DNA from: Mobula hypostoma
Lineage: Eukaryota
Direction of reading: 5' to 3'
Assembly (NCBI RefSeq): GCF_963921235.1
Contig: NC_086097.1
Span: 198,712,001-198,776,000 of the forward strand
Length of the DNA: 64,000 bases
Shown here: one piece after another, positions 1 to 13,683 of the stretch
Layout of the letters: each line of letters begins with the position of its first letter
Numbering within the stretch: the first letter of the stretch is position 1
The notes under the pieces: model-generated
Told to the model about the DNA's origin: nothing
Database searches by the model: none
The model's input: only the letters and a program-made list of their open reading frames with translations
Made by a program: the position numbers and the translations under genes

Positions 1-521
1 GTAAATGCAATCTCTAAAGTGCCAGGTATATTAAGTCATATTTATATTTATGCAACATCAGAATACCTGACATCTGCCCCTGTAATTAGAGTCATGGTGT
101 CACACAGCACATCATGTCCATGCTGACCATCAAGAACCCATCCATACTTGTGATGGATATTCTCTTCTTGACCAGTGGGCCTCTTTCTCTTTCTTGGTTG
201 TTTGCTAATCTTGCTTTCTAAACACAGCACCTTCCACTTGTAAGATCACAAACAGATGTAAATAAACTTCCAACTAACACTAGTTTGATTACTGGTCATA
301 AAAGAAGTCAGTCTTCAGTTCTTGAAACATAAATGGCAAGAACTAATCACCTTGAGGTTAAAACAAGTATTGTCTAAAGACCAGCTTTGCAACCAAGCTT
401 TGTGGATAGTAAACTTTCTGTCAGGGAGAAGTAAGGCTTAGTTCACTACACCTGCTTTATTGCTGCTCAAGACGCAGTATAAACCAATGAGCTGTTTAAT
501 TCAGCTTCTTTCAAACAGACA

Positions 522-1677
522 AGTAATGAACTCTTCGGACCTGTGCAGGGGATTAGAGAGCATCGGGCTCCAAGGTTTTTAAAGCACCTGTATTGGTTCA
601 TTGTTGATTTATGAGAGTTGTTAATCATTTAGATTTCCTTGTGTTTTTCTTGAGCAATTCGCTCTTTGTAATGCTGAATCCTGGTGATTTCTGTTTAAAC
701 TTGTTAAGTTTATCTTGATAGGCTTGGGGATTCCGTGTTACTTGTAGTGCTTAAACAGATGCCTGTTTGGCACTGGTCGCAGGGTCCTAGTTTTGAGAAT
801 ATTACATCTCACAGTGTTGCTCAGCTGAGCCACAGATGTGCTGTTGAAATTATGATGAATAAACTCTGGTTGCCGTCTCTACATCACAGTCTACCTTCCT
901 CCACACTTGGGTTCTGACATTGCCAGCACACATTGTCACAGAAGGACCCCGCCAAGTAACGGACACAGTGGAGGTTGAACATCAGCATTTTAACATTAGT
1001 TGGCTTTAGGTAAGAATGCCATCTATTCTCAAGTCTACATTTCGGGTGTCTCACGTCTACATTCTGAGTGTCCCTAATCTAGGTTCTGAGTTTCTCAAGT
1101 CTACTTTCTGATCTTTTCTTGTCCACCTTCCAAGCTTCAGTATACGTTCAATGTTTTCCTTGTCTTGAGATTTCCAAGTCTCTCTCTCGAGGTTCCCTAA
1201 TTTCTCTCAAGGTTTCCTTGTCTCTATCGAGGTTCCCCAGTCACTCTCCAATTCCCCTGGTCTCCCTCAAGTTTGTAATAAGCTCTTTGGGTCTGCACAG
1301 AAAGCTGGAAAATGTTGGGTTCTGAGGTTTTAAAACACCTGAATTGGTTAATTGTTGTTTAATGAGAATTGTAAATCGGTTGGAGTTTCCTGTGTTTTTC
1401 TCAAGTGACTTGCTTTCTGCAATGCAGTCTCCTGGTGATTTCTGTTTAAACTTGTTAAGTTTGGGATTCTGTGTTACTTGTATTATTGAAGCAGATGCTC
1501 AATTAGCACTAATCACAGTGACCTAGTTTTGAGAATGTTACTTCTCGCGGTGTCACTTGGCCAAGCCACCAATGTTCTGTTGAAATTGTCAATAATAAAC
1601 TCTAATCGCCATCTCTACATTGAAGTCTGTCTTTCCTCCACACTTGGGTTCTGACATTGCCAGCGCACTTCATGACA
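522..1677 (+). mobile_element. Pair of diverged LTR-like direct repeats (522..940 and 1274..1677) with a short internal remnant
   Basis: Two ~400-bp homologous blocks starting (A/T)GTAAT and ending TCACA/TGACA, both with AATAAA; spacer has a ~22-bp degenerate tandem repeat. Confidence 0.55.
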
Positions 1678-2095
1678 CTTAAGTTGCTTGGTTCAAGGAA
1701 GCTTGCAGAACAGATGAATAATATTATTTAGCATATCAGTATATTAGTAACCATAATGTGTTTACAGTTGGAAGATTCTATGTACTCAAGGCAGTTAGCT
1801 TCATGGCTTTACATTAATGGTAGATAGCTGAAGAACTATGCCTCCAAAATGCTTTTAGATCACTTGTGTTGAAACAATATCTGAGGAAATATCATATGCA
1901 TGTCAAGTCATTCTACTGCCATTGTAGTGTGCTATGTACAAAGCCAGGCAGAGAGTTAAACCACCTTCTCAAAAATCATCAGAGCCAGAAGGGTTCTTCA
2001 GGGTTTTTACTGAGAAAACTGTTTGAAAAGGTATTGATGTTTCAAAGACAAATAAACAGTGGATGGAGATGGATATCTTTCCACCACATGTGCAA

Positions 2096-2424
2096 TCTAC
2101 ACAGATTTTGGTTTTCTGATTAAGAAGTCAAGGATCCAGTTGTGGAGGGATGTACAGAGGCCCATGTTCTCTCGTTTTTCGATCAGGACTGGAGGAATGA
2201 TGGTGTTTAACGCTGAGCTATAGTCAATGACCAGCATCCTGACATAGCTATTTGTATTGTCCAGGTGATCCAAGGCCATGTGGAGAGCCATTGAGATCCT
2301 ATCCACTGTAGACCCATTGTGGCGAAAGGCAAATTGCAGTGGGTCCCCTTGCTAAGGCAGGAGTTGATTTTAGCTATGACCAACCTCTCAAAGAATCTTA
2401 TTACTGTAGATGTGAGTGTCACTG
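2096..2424 (-). mobile_element. Rex/Babar-type LINE RT fragment
   Basis: ORF pieces FERLVIAKIN and [16 protein letters not shown]...NWILDFL. Confidence 0.8.
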
Positions 2425-2641
2425 AACCTTATACTGCACACTGTAAAACTATCATGAGGAAGCATTTCTTACTACTCTATCTATGCCTTCCATAATTTTG
2501 TATGCTACTTTCACATCTCTCGCTAATCAAGCCTTTCCAGTCTCTCCCCGTAGCTGAAACACTCCATTCTGATTATCTTCCTCTGTTCTCTCTCCAGTGC
2601 AATCTCACCTTTCCCAGAGTGTGGCAATCTGAACTGCACAT

Positions 2642-3190
2642 ACACACAGTCGCCACTCTATAATGTACCTCTTGTACATTTGTATGTTTGTGGTCTTCTG
2701 CTTCTGAAGCCCATCACTTCAAGGTTTGATGTGCTGCGCATTCAGAAATGCTCTTTTGCACACATGCTGTAACTCGTGGTTATTTGAGTTACTGTCACTT
2801 TCCTGTCTGCTTGTACCTACCTGGTCATTCTCCTCTGACCTCTCTCTTAACAAAAGATTTTCACCTACAGAACTGCTGGTCAAAAGATGTTTTTATTGTT
2901 TTTCTCCGTAAACTCTGGAAATTGTTGTACGTGGCAATCCCAAGAGATCAGCAGTTTCTGAGATATTCAAACCTCCCTGTCTAACACCAACAGACATTCC
3001 ATGATCAAAGTCACTTAGATCCCATTTCTTCCCCATTCTGAAGTTTGGTCTGAACAACAACTGAACCTCTTGACCACGTCAGCATGCTTTTATGCATTGG
3101 GTTGCTGCCATATGATTGGCTAATTAAATATTTGCATTGTATTACCAAGCAGGAATAAAGGTATACCTAAGAAAGGGGCCACAGAGTGTA
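2642..3190 (-). mobile_element. Non-autonomous Tc1/mariner-like element
   Basis: Degenerate TIRs of the CACTCAGTGGCCACTTTATTAGGTAC type at both ends; reverse-complement match to the element at 20371..24253. Confidence 0.65.
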
Positions 3191-3380
3191 GTATTCCAGT
3201 TGCAGCCCAACCACTATTGTATAAGGTTGTACCAAGACCTCCCTTCTTTTAGATTCCATACCCAGATAATTAATACAAACATCCTATATGCCTTTTAAAT
3301 CACCCTATCTACCTGTGCTAACACCTTCAGGTATCTTTGGACTTGCTCACCGAAGTCCCTTTGTTCATCACTACTCCCTC

Positions 3381-3740
3381 AGTAGTCAGGCAGGTGGGGC
3401 TCGTCAGCCTTGAATGACAGCCCGCCTAGGAGAAGGAAAAATCTGATCTTAAACCTCTGTTGCCCTGCCCACCCATGGGAAAGGCTTCAGGAGTAAACCC
3501 CAAGGAAGAAATCTGGGTCCCTAAGGCAACTTCACTCTGGCAAACTCTGAGACCTCATTGGTGCCAAGTTGTATTGGCACTTGCCCTTCCCTTGGGCTAC
3601 ATCAGTGACGTGGAGAGGGGGAACCCGTTGCATGGGCAACAGCTGGTTCTTCAAATCTTCCCACCCAGTCTTGCGCCCTGGAGAGGACACAGTCCACCAG
3701 AGGTGCAAACCCATGAACCCCTGGGATCGACAGCTACCTA
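3381..3740 (+). mobile_element. Short non-autonomous RTE-related retroposon
   Basis: Flanked by duplicated CTACTCCCT; 5' motif CTAGGAGAAGGAAAA..CTGA typical of RTE 5' ends; 3' part resembles the tail of the SINE at 5587..5890. Confidence 0.55.
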
Positions 3741-5586
3741 CTACTCCCTAAGGCTCTACAGTTCATGTACATGTTCTACACTTATTTGAACTCTACCTCC
3801 TCAAATTGTATCATCTCATGATTTTTTGGGATTAAATTCAACTTGGTATTCCACTACCAATTTACCAATTGATCAGTATCATTTTGAAGCCTAAGGCAAT
3901 CCTCCTCACCATCAAAAACAACATAAATTATAATCTGATTTTCATGGATATTAAATAATTTAATGAAAGATGAGCTGGCTCCCACCAGCACGTTGAGCAT
4001 AAATTAGAATGAAATCAGGTTTTAATGGTTTTGATTAATGTTCCTTAATGATTTATTGGCAAAGGTTTAAAATGTGAAATGATCCCAAACATGAGAAGAT
4101 CTGCAAATACTGGAATTCCAAGCAACACACACAAAATGCTGGAGGAACTCAATAGTTCAGCCATCATCTATGGAAAAGAGTAATCAATTGATGTTTGGAG
4201 CCAAGACCCTTCATCAGGATATGTTAAATGTGAAAGGGTGTTGGTCAGGGAAAGAAATTATTAATTTTGGTGATAGGAAACTAAGCGATGAGGCACAAGC
4301 TTAAAATGAGGGCCTGGACAATCAGGAGTGAAGTCAGAAAGCACCATTTAAAGCAATGACAAGTAGAAATCTGATCCTGATCCAAAGTTAAATCATTCAT
4401 TTCTTGTGTATGGATATTCTGTTGGGAAGGCACATCCTGTGCTTCCTGCAGATTTACCTCCAATTCACTACCATTCTTTCTGATACTTTGGATCACTGGT
4501 GGGTAATAAACCATCAGAGTGAAAAGAAAAGAAACTTGTTGCAGTTTCTCTCTTTATCTTTTTTTCTTCATTTTTGGTATGTGGGCATTGCTGGTAAAGC
4601 CAGCATTAACCAGTTTTCATCCGTAACTACTTTTCAGAAGGTGTGATGAAATGTCCCCTTATAGTCCTTCTTTGGAGATTCCCCCTACAGCACTGATGGG
4701 AAGAGTGTTCCAGAATTTATACCCAGTGAGATTGGAGGGGCAGTATTATATTTCCATGTCATGAAGGTGTGTGACTTGAAGGGAACCTGTGAAGTTGTTC
4801 GGGCATGGCCAAAGTGCAGAAAGAGAGACACTGAAGAGAATCGACTGTTCAGATTTTAATATGAACTTTGCAGGATTTTAAGGGAAAGGAAAACAAATGC
4901 TAGGCCAACAGGGCCATTAACTAAAACTGTCAAACTGAAAGCTAGATGCCAACACCACACCTGAAAGCAATATACAAAGACTAAATGAATACAGTACCAC
5001 TCGTTTCCAGCGTCAGTCGAAACGAAACTAAAAACAAGGTCAAAGGTAAGCAGGGAGCATAAGTTGCTCAAGTCTCGACAACACTACAATGAAAGGAAGG
5101 GAGTTAAACACTGCCTTAAGAAAACAGTAATTAGCAATTGCCAAACCTGCTGCGCAGCCTGCCTGTGGGAGCGCGTGGACCCTGCAGCAGAGTCCATGGT
5201 TGTGACAGAACCATGGTGGTGTTCTCATACAGCTCCTACCCGTATCCTTCTTGGTAGCAGTTATACCTTGGTGCCCATTACCTCCAGTTCAAGCAGGACT
5301 TCTTGATGCCATTTTTGGCCAAGCATTGCTCTGACATTAAAGACAGGCATTCTTACCTAACCTGGAATCTTGAAGTCGTCTCTTTAATTGATACTGTATA
5401 TGGATCAAGGATATAAGTAGTTTTGCTGAAAATGAACTGGACATTGATGGGTAGAATTTTGGTGACTATGTGTTCCTTGACAGCACTGTCAACAAAACTT
5501 TCCGTTGCTCTGCTGATTAGTGAGAGCAAATTGATTGAATTGTAATTAGCTGGATTGGATTTATCCTGCTATCAGGACATTTTTGT

Positions 5587-5890
5587 TAGGCATCCATTAG
5601 TCTCGTGAGACCATGGATTTGTGCCTTGGAAGGTTTCCAGGGTGCAGGCCTGGGCAAAGTTGTATGGAAGACCAGCAGTTGCCCATGTTGCAAGTCTCTC
5701 CTCTCCACGCCACCGATGTTGTCCAAGGGAAGGGCACTAGGGCCGATACAGCTTGGCACCGGTGTCGTCGCAGAGCAATGTGTGGTTAAGTGCCTTGCTC
5801 AAGGACACAACACGCTGCCTCAGCTGAGGCTCGAACTAGCGACCTTCAGATCACTAGACCGACACCTTAACCATTTGGACATTATGCATC
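5587..5890 (-). mobile_element. tRNA-derived CORE-type SINE with RTE-like tail
   Basis: Minus strand shows A/B boxes (TGGTTAAGG...GTTCGAG) followed by GTGTCCTTGAGCAAGGCACTTAACC; the head is repeated at 43526..43750. Confidence 0.75.
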
Positions 5891-5939
5891 CACTATTTCC
5901 ATAGAATTTTAAAAAAGCAATAAGTTGGTTTTATAAACA

Positions 5940-6055
5940 CATAAAATTGTGCAGATGCTGGAAACCTAGAGTGCTGGAGGAACTCAGCAGGTCAGGCAGC
6001 ACCTATAGAAAGGCATAAAGAATCGATGTTTCAGCTGAGACCCTTCATCAGGACT
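5940..6055 (-). mobile_element. Penelope-derived terminal repeat remnant carrying a hammerhead core
   Basis: Minus strand 6055->6021 reads AGTC-CTGATGA-AGGGTCTCAGCT-GAAA-C-ATC-GATT; a related degenerate copy lies at ~4090..4220. Confidence 0.65.
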
Positions 6056-8059
6056 CAAATCGAAAGTTAATTTTATAACAAGTAAGATAGTGAGATACGT
6101 TACAGCTTTCCTTTCGTCACTGCATTTACTATTGTGTGTAATATGAATATGTACACTGCTAGATGTATTATTTAATGATTAAAACAATAATTGTCTTCTT
6201 ATTGTATTGGTCTAATTCTACTAAAAATTGTTTTTAATAGGATGAGATCTTGCTTCTTATATGCTTTTGTTGGATGCATTACTGACAGTGGATTTGAGAC
6301 ATTAAAGCCATTGTGATGCAGTGGCTTCTATTATTTTGTATCAAACCCCTGTAGAAGAAAAGCAAAAGATCAGTCAGAGCATTTATTCCTGACTGCTATT
6401 CAGTGAAGATGTCCATCTGTTGATCAAATCCACATTTTTGAGGAGAAAAATGTAGGGATAGGAATTCACCTTGCTATTCTCATACTTCCATGAAACATGT
6501 TCGGTTTCCTGGAACTGAGGATATTATATATTCTTCGGAGCCATCAAAAACCCAATCCATAATCCCTCCCACAAAGATAATCAAGACTATGTTGCTTCGT
6601 GTTGGACAAACTTACATGTTTAGCATTAAACTAACAAAGTCCTGAATTTTCACAGGTGCAGAATTATAGGATTGGAACTAAGTGCCCAATAGAACAGCGC
6701 CAGTTATGACGTCATTTTGACTCTGCTGAGACCCTATCACTCATTAAGATTATATTCAACTGCAAAACCACTTCAAAATGGTACAACTTTTCACAAATAT
6801 ACAGTTAAAAATATATTTTCCCACCTGACTGTATATTTTAAGAGCTAAAAATGAGAGAAGTGTTTTATTCCAAGAAAATATTGTTAAAATATTCCAGTAG
6901 ATATACTAGGACATTCATGAAACATGTTATTGCAGTGTTGGCTTTTGATGTTATTCCTCATACATCATGGATGTGTGCTATGCCATTTATGCTACCAAAA
7001 GTCTTGTCTCAATAGCAGATTCAATGTACTAAATTGTACTATTTTGTCTAATTTACAACTGGATGGCTGGAGTTGTCCCAAGCAGCATATTGCTCTGCTG
7101 CTATAATATAAATGACATCATGTCTGCAGCTTTATAATACACAACCTCTGTGTTTTTAATGCCTACCTTTTAAAAATGCGTCACTACAAGAGTACTCAGA
7201 ATCGTTCTAATCAAGATTGTTCATAGTTCGCAGTCTTATTAACAATGAATATTAATAGATTGGTTTCTTTGCCTGGTAACAGTGAGCTGCATATTAACTA
7301 CTTTATGCAATTTTATCCATTCAATTATATCATTCCTTATCTGAGCTTTGTTAAATATAATATTGAGATTAACATTGTTAATATTAATTACAGCATGTTT
7401 AAAGGTTAATCTAAAAATCAATTTATTGCCAACTTTCAGATGTAAAGTCCTATTTCAGTGTATTTTCATTACTAGCTCATTTTGTTCTTGACGGATTTTG
7501 TTAGATCCTGGGTCTTCAGAGTTTATTTCTCATTCTAAATGCTGGAACTGGTGTACTCAATGTACAAAGATATGCAATTATCAATACCAGTATCTTAATC
7601 TAGCAATAAACATCAATAGTGTTGCACGAGTTCTTATGTCAACTCAAATTCAGCTGATAAATGCAATTGAAATATCTTTGTGTCACCTATTAAAGTATCA
7701 GTTTGAAAAGATCCTAACACTGCTCTAACTGAACCCAAGTTCACAATACAAAATAGACCACCTTTCTCTATTATATAATCACAGTCACTCACACCGTGAA
7801 TAGGAAAAAAGGTGATTATGCTTAGAAATTGCACTCGATGCCTTACTATTGAACTGGGTTATGTTGAGAGCAGAACATTCCATATGCTCAGGAGGACTTT
7901 TGTTCCTTCCGGAGGAATGGTTAGCTTTGGAGCTAGAATGTCACATTTCATCACAAGCATGATTCAAAATCCTGAGATCCTGCACTAGGGGTTTGGAAAA
8001 CTTATGAAAAAAAAGGGTAGGAGGCAAAACACAGTTAAATGTGCTGGTAATCCTAATGT

Positions 8060-10560
8060 TAATTATTGAAAAAAATGTTAGCATCAATTAACAGCAGACA
8101 TTTGGAAAGTCATATTCTGATTGAACAGAATCAGCACAAGTTCATGAGGGGAAATCAAGTCGTACAAATTTATTTGAGATCTTTGAGAAATATCTGTCAG
8201 GCTAATATAGGGGAACAAGGAAATGCAATGTATTTGCATTTTCAAAAGGCATTTGGCAAGATACCAAGCAACAGGTTCCTTTGCAATATAGAAACTCATG
8301 GTGTTGGAAGTAATAAATCAACATGAACTGAAGACTGGCTAACCAGCAGGAAGTAACACATAAGGATTGAGATTATCTTCAACCATTTATAAACAACGGG
8401 GTGCTGCAAGGATTAGTATGGATCACTAATCCTTGTTTGTGTAGCCCTCTGGTAAGCCTCAGGCTCGCTCAACCCGCTGTCGTCTCGGGGAAGCAGCCTT
8501 CGGCCCTGCCAGACCGGGTAATTAGTTTGTGTGGATGCTGGTGATGTACCCCACCCCACCAAATAACAGACAATACACCATATACGAGTAAATGATTACA
8601 ATTAATAGATATTACTGGAACTATGTAATTAATAGAGATAAAATATAAACGGAAAGTAAAAGACGCCAAACTTATCAAAGTTCAACCTCTTAGTGCACAA
8701 ACAGTTGGAGCTCTTGTATTGATCCTCTTTTCACCATTCGATTCCCTCTGACCACCTCGACCCGCCGCCTGGTACCAACCACGGTCGTTGACCAGACGCT
8801 CCACACAAGTCTGTCTTCATCTCCTCTCCTCGTCGAAGACCCTGGACCTCGGACTCCGGCTTGGGGTCCACCCCGTCAGCCAGCTCACAGCATCGTGTCC
8901 ACTCTCTCTCTCCCCGTCGCACCTTCTCCCCAAAAACCCGCGCATCACAATAGTTTACAGACACAAAAGAAAGAATAACATCTATCCCAATTGGTTAGCA
9001 ACTGAATACAACTCCCTCTATAACCCAAACAAGCTGCTAGCGAGAGAATTTTCTCGGCAGTTAACAACAAAGAAGCCATTTTGATTAGCCTACGCAGTAA
9101 CATAAAAGAAGAAACCCCTTACATTTGTAATATAAATTGTAGTAGGGAATAGTGAATTCTTAATTCTGTATTGCATTAGTGGAGGACCATGTTGCAAAGA
9201 GATAAAGGGACACTCTACAGGGATAAAGAAAGTCTGTTACAGGTCCAAACCAGCCCAAGCTACAAACTGTAGGCCACAATGAATTATAGTAAACTCATGC
9301 TTAGCTACTAGCCTAAAAACAATTTGATAAACTGCAGGATGGAGGTAAAAGTGTAAGGTTAAGGTGGAACTACTCACACCTTAATGCAGCACACATAGCA
9401 CTGAAGCCTGGCACTGCAAAAGGCTTACCTCCCTCTATGTACACACAACACATGCATGGTAGAGACGGTGAGTGGTAAATAGATAAGAAACAGTATAAGA
9501 ATAAAGAGAATAAAGAGGAAGATCATTCCAAAGGTAAACCCCAAACTCTATGAATTCTTTCCATTTACAAAATGATTTAAAGAAAGAACGTGAATGTAGT
9601 CTTAGCCAGATTTGTAAATGATACAAAAGTAAGAGGGAATACTGCTGTGAGAAAGATGCAAGCAGCTTAGTTATTGATAGGTTACGTGACTGTGCAAAAA
9701 AATGGCTAATGGAGTTAATGGAGTAATGGCTAATGGCTATGGGAAAATATGAAGTTGCTTAATTTGGAAAGAAGAATGATAAAACAATTTACTATTTAAA
9801 AGAAGAAAGACTGCAGAAAGCTGAAGTTCATGGGTCAGTATATGAAATGCCAAAAACTACCACATTGGTGCAACATGCGATTAGCAAGGCTAAAGGATTG
9901 CTGGCCTTAAGGGGTTGATGTATGGAAGTAAGAGTGTCTAATTACAAATGCACTATTGCATTAATGAGTCCACATCAAATATACTGTGAATAGTTTTTGT
10001 GCCCTTAGTAAAGAAAATAATGCATTATTAATGAAGGCAGTTTCACTTGGAGCAAATGTCTGAGGAGGAAAGTCTGAACAGATCGTCTGTATTCATTGAA
10101 ATTTAGAAGAATGAAAGGCAATCTTATGGAAATATGTAAGATTCTTCGAGCAGAGATCTGATAGATCTCGGACCTTAAAGGATAAATCTGTTTCCTTTTC
10201 TACATGTGGCCTGACCTACAGAGTGCTTCCTGAATTTTCTGTTTTTACTTAAGTTTCTTAGAAAGATCGAAGGCATAAATATTTCCCTTGTGGAAGAATC
10301 TTAGACCAAAATATACAGTATCAGAATAATGAATGATTTACTTAAGACTCTTAGAAAGTTGTGAATCTTTGGCCAAGATATTTAATCCTTAAGTATACTG
10401 AAACCTCAGGTAGATTTTATTCTGAAGGCAATCAAGGGCTTTGGGAAAGACCAAATTTGAGGATGAGGAAAAATGGATCATAATCATATTGAATGGAACA
10501 GCAGAGTCAAGGGAGTTGGTCTTCTTGTTCTTGTTTGTTCTTGCTCTTATATTCTTGTCC
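8060..10560 (+). mobile_element. Old degraded CR1 LINE, interrupted
   Basis: Remnants such as QHKFMRG..MYLHFQKAFGKIP and a CR1-like 3' end near 10480..10550. Confidence 0.65.
8440..9123 (-). mobile_element. Solo LTR (684 bp)
   Basis: TGTA...TACA termini; 4-bp TSD TTTG at 8436..8439 and 9124..9127; splits the CR1 remnant. Confidence 0.8.
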
Positions 10561-10963
10561 TTATCTTTTATACTGTTATGGTCTGGATTGTGATGCAAGA
10601 CAACTATACTACAAGTGTGGAGATTACTCTGGCAATTAGCAACAGTAAAGTGAATATGTTACCAGAGAGTCCAAATTAAGTTGAAGTCAATTGGGATTAA
10701 TTTTTTTTTAAACTTCCCAATGTTTGGACTAATTTCTGACTCAAAAGAAGATGACTATGCTTGCCAGAAGCCAAAATTTCTCAGCTCTCAGCACACCACT
10801 GCAGAATACCTCAGGTCAGAACCTTGACCCCATCAGCTGACAGTGCTTTAGCAGCAATATTCATTGTACCATAAAATCAGGAATGGGGCAGCTTAGTTCT
10901 GTTCACAGATTCTCCAGAATTGCAGCCGATACCACTTAGAGCAGATACAAACAAGAAATATTT

Positions 10964-11630
10964 TAGATTAGATTATGATTATGAGGACACTCAGTCCTCG
11001 TTTATTGTCATTTAGAAATGCATGCATTAAAAAAATAAAACAATGTTCCTCCAGAAAGATATCACAGAGACACAGGACAAACCAAGACTAAAACTGACAA
11101 AACCACATAATTATAACATATAGCTACAACACTGCAAAGCAATGCCGTAATTTGATAAGGAGCAGACCATGGGCACGGTAAAAAAAAGTCTCAAGTCCCA
11201 ATAGCCCCATCATCTCACGCAGACGGTAGAAGGGAGAAACTCTCCCTGCCATAAACCCCCAAGCGCCACAAACTTGTCGATGCATTGGAAGCACCCGACC
11301 ACAGCCGACTCTGAGTCCGTCCGAAAACTTCGAGCCTCCGACCAGCCCTCCAACACCGAACACCGAGCACCATCTCTGCCGAGCGCTTTGACCCCGCCCC
11401 GGCCGCCGAACAACAAACAAAGCCAAGGACTCAGGGCCTTTCCCTCCGGAGATTCCGGATCACACAGTAACAGCGGCAGCGAAGTGGGCATTTCAGAAGT
11501 TTCTCCAGATGTTCCTCCATTCTCTCACGTCTGTCTCCATCAAATCAGGATTGTGCACGGCACCCTACTTCACAGATAACAGATATCATTCACCGGAGTG
11601 GCTGCAGCAAGCTGCATCGCACCGCCATCT
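10964..11630 (-). mobile_element. Non-autonomous LINE-derived retroposon
   Basis: Minus-strand 5' end AAGATGGCGG; 3' AATAAA followed by a short-repeat tail; CpG-rich, so relatively young. Confidence 0.6.
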
Positions 11631-12269
11631 TCTGGATTTGTGAATAAAAGTACCAGAAAATGAGTACTTCAGGCAGGAAAATACATAATTTACTGTAGCT
11701 CCCTTCCTCACTCTTCCTGGCCTACTTGAATGAGGATGTTAAGTGCAGCATATTAATCTTTGCTGATGCTACAAAGCTGAGTGGCCTTGTGGACCATGAG
11801 GAGAATGCCGAGAAGCTTCAGGGAAACATAGACTAGTTAAGTGGAAGGCATGAACATAGCTGATGGGACAAAATATGGAAAAATATATGGTTGGACATTT
11901 TACTAGTGAAATAGTGAAGCAGGATTTATTTTTAATGGTGAATTTGAAATATATTGGTGTTTAGATCTGAATGTCATCGCCCATTGAAATCAGGGTTATT
12001 GGGGACAAATGTGCCTTTTCTAACCTAGGAAAAATTGAGCAGACTGTGCCTGTACAGGGTAACTTAGGGATAATGTATCCTTTGGCAAGTTCTCCAGAAC
12101 CAGTTTCCCAAAATAAGAGATCTATCATTCTGGATTGTGATAAGAAATCTTTCTGCATTTGGAGGCAAATGAATCTTTGGAATTCTCTACTCAAAAGGAC
12201 TATGGAGGCTTAGTGATGAATGTATTCAAGAAAGAATTTGACGTGGTTAGTGCAGGAAAGTAGTGCTAT

Positions 12270-13683
12270 CATTTAGCACTAGGGAATTATAGCCTAACAT
12301 TGGTGGTGGGGAAAATGCCAGAATCAGTTATCAAAGATGTGATAACAGCACATTTGGAAAGCGGTGAAATCATCGGACAAAGTCAGCATGGATTTGTGAA
12401 AGGAAAATCATGTCTGACGAATCTCATAGAATTTTTTGAGGATGTAACTAGTAGAGTGGATAGGGGAGAACCAGTGGATGTGGAATATTTGGATTTTCAA
12501 AAGGCTTTTGACAAGGTCCCACACAGGAGATTAGTGTGCAAATTTAAAGCACACGGTATTGGGGGTATGGTAATGATGTGGATAGAGAAGTGGTTGGCAG
12601 ACAGGAAGCAAAGAGTGAGAATTAACAGGACCTTTTCAGAATGGCAGGCAGTGACTAGTCGGGTACCGCAAGGCTCAGTACTGGGACCCAGTTGTTTACA
12701 ATATATATTAATGATTTAGACGAGGGAATTAAATGCAGCATCTCCAAGTCTGCGGATGACACAAAGCTGGGCAGCAGTGTTAGCTGTGAGGAGGATGCTA
12801 AGAGGATGCAGGGTGACTTGGATAGGTTAGGTGAGTGGGCAAATTCATGGCAGATGCAATTTAATGTGGATAAATGTGAGGTTATCCACTTTGGTGGCAA
12901 GAACAGGAAAACAGATTATTATCTGAATGGCAGCTGATTAGGAAAAGGGGAGGTGCAACGAGACCTGGGTGTCATTGTACACCAGTCATTGAAAGTGGGC
13001 ATGCAGGTACAGCAGGTGGTGAAAAAGGCGAATGGTATGCTGGCATTCATAGAAAGAGGATTTGAGTACAGGAGCAGGGAGGTTCTACTACAGTTGTGCA
13101 AGGCCTTGGTGAGACCACACCTGGAGTATTGTGTACAGTTTTGGTCCCCTAATCTGAGGAAAGACATTCTTGCCATAGAGGGAGTACAAAGAGGGTTCAC
13201 CAGATTGATTCCTGGGGTGGCAGGACTTTCATATGATGAAAGACTGGATCGACTAGGCTTATACTTGCTGGAATTTAGAAGATTGAGGGGGGATCTTATT
13301 GAAACGTATAAAATTCTAAAGGGATTGAACAGGCTAGATGCAGGAAGATTGTTCCCGATGTTGGGGAAGTCCAGAACGAGGGGTTACAGTTTAAGAATAA
13401 AGGGGAAGCCTTTTAGGACCCAGATGAGGAAAAACTTCTTCACACAGAGTGGTGAATCTGTGGAATTCTCTGCCACAGGAAACAGTTGAGGCCAGTTCAT
13501 TAGCTATATTTAAGAGGGAGTTAGATATGACCCTTGTGGCTAAAGAGATCGGGGGTATGGTGCGAAGGCAGGTACAGGGTTCTGAGTTGGATGATCAGCC
13601 ATGATCATACTGAATGGTGGTGCAGGCTCGAAGGGCCGAATGGCCTACTCCTGCACCTATTTTCTATGTTTCTATGTTTCTAT
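12270..13683 (+). mobile_element. 5'-truncated young CR1 LINE (RT fragment with frameshifts)
   Basis: [34 protein letters not shown], xADD; (TTTCTATG)n tail; nearly identical to the 3' part of 54645..57343. Confidence 0.95.

Noticed and set aside
1025..1270. CRISPR-like array
   Set aside because: Degenerate ~22-bp tandem units without unique spacers, in eukaryotic repeat context
3381..3520. HDV-like ribozyme at the 5' end of the RTE-related retroposon
   Set aside because: Only simple hairpins found; I could not assign P1-P4 in the required order
4796..5350. Possible solo LTR on the minus strand
   Set aside because: One TG/CA-like end and an ATTAAA are visible, but I could not define the other terminus or a TSD
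5820..5890. tRNA genes here and at ~39720..39800 and ~43680..43750
   Set aside because: A/B boxes belong to SINE heads attached to repeat bodies; no full cloverleaf
6241..6300. Candidate + strand exon after ttttaatAG
   Set aside because: Early stop, no recognisable protein and no matching donor
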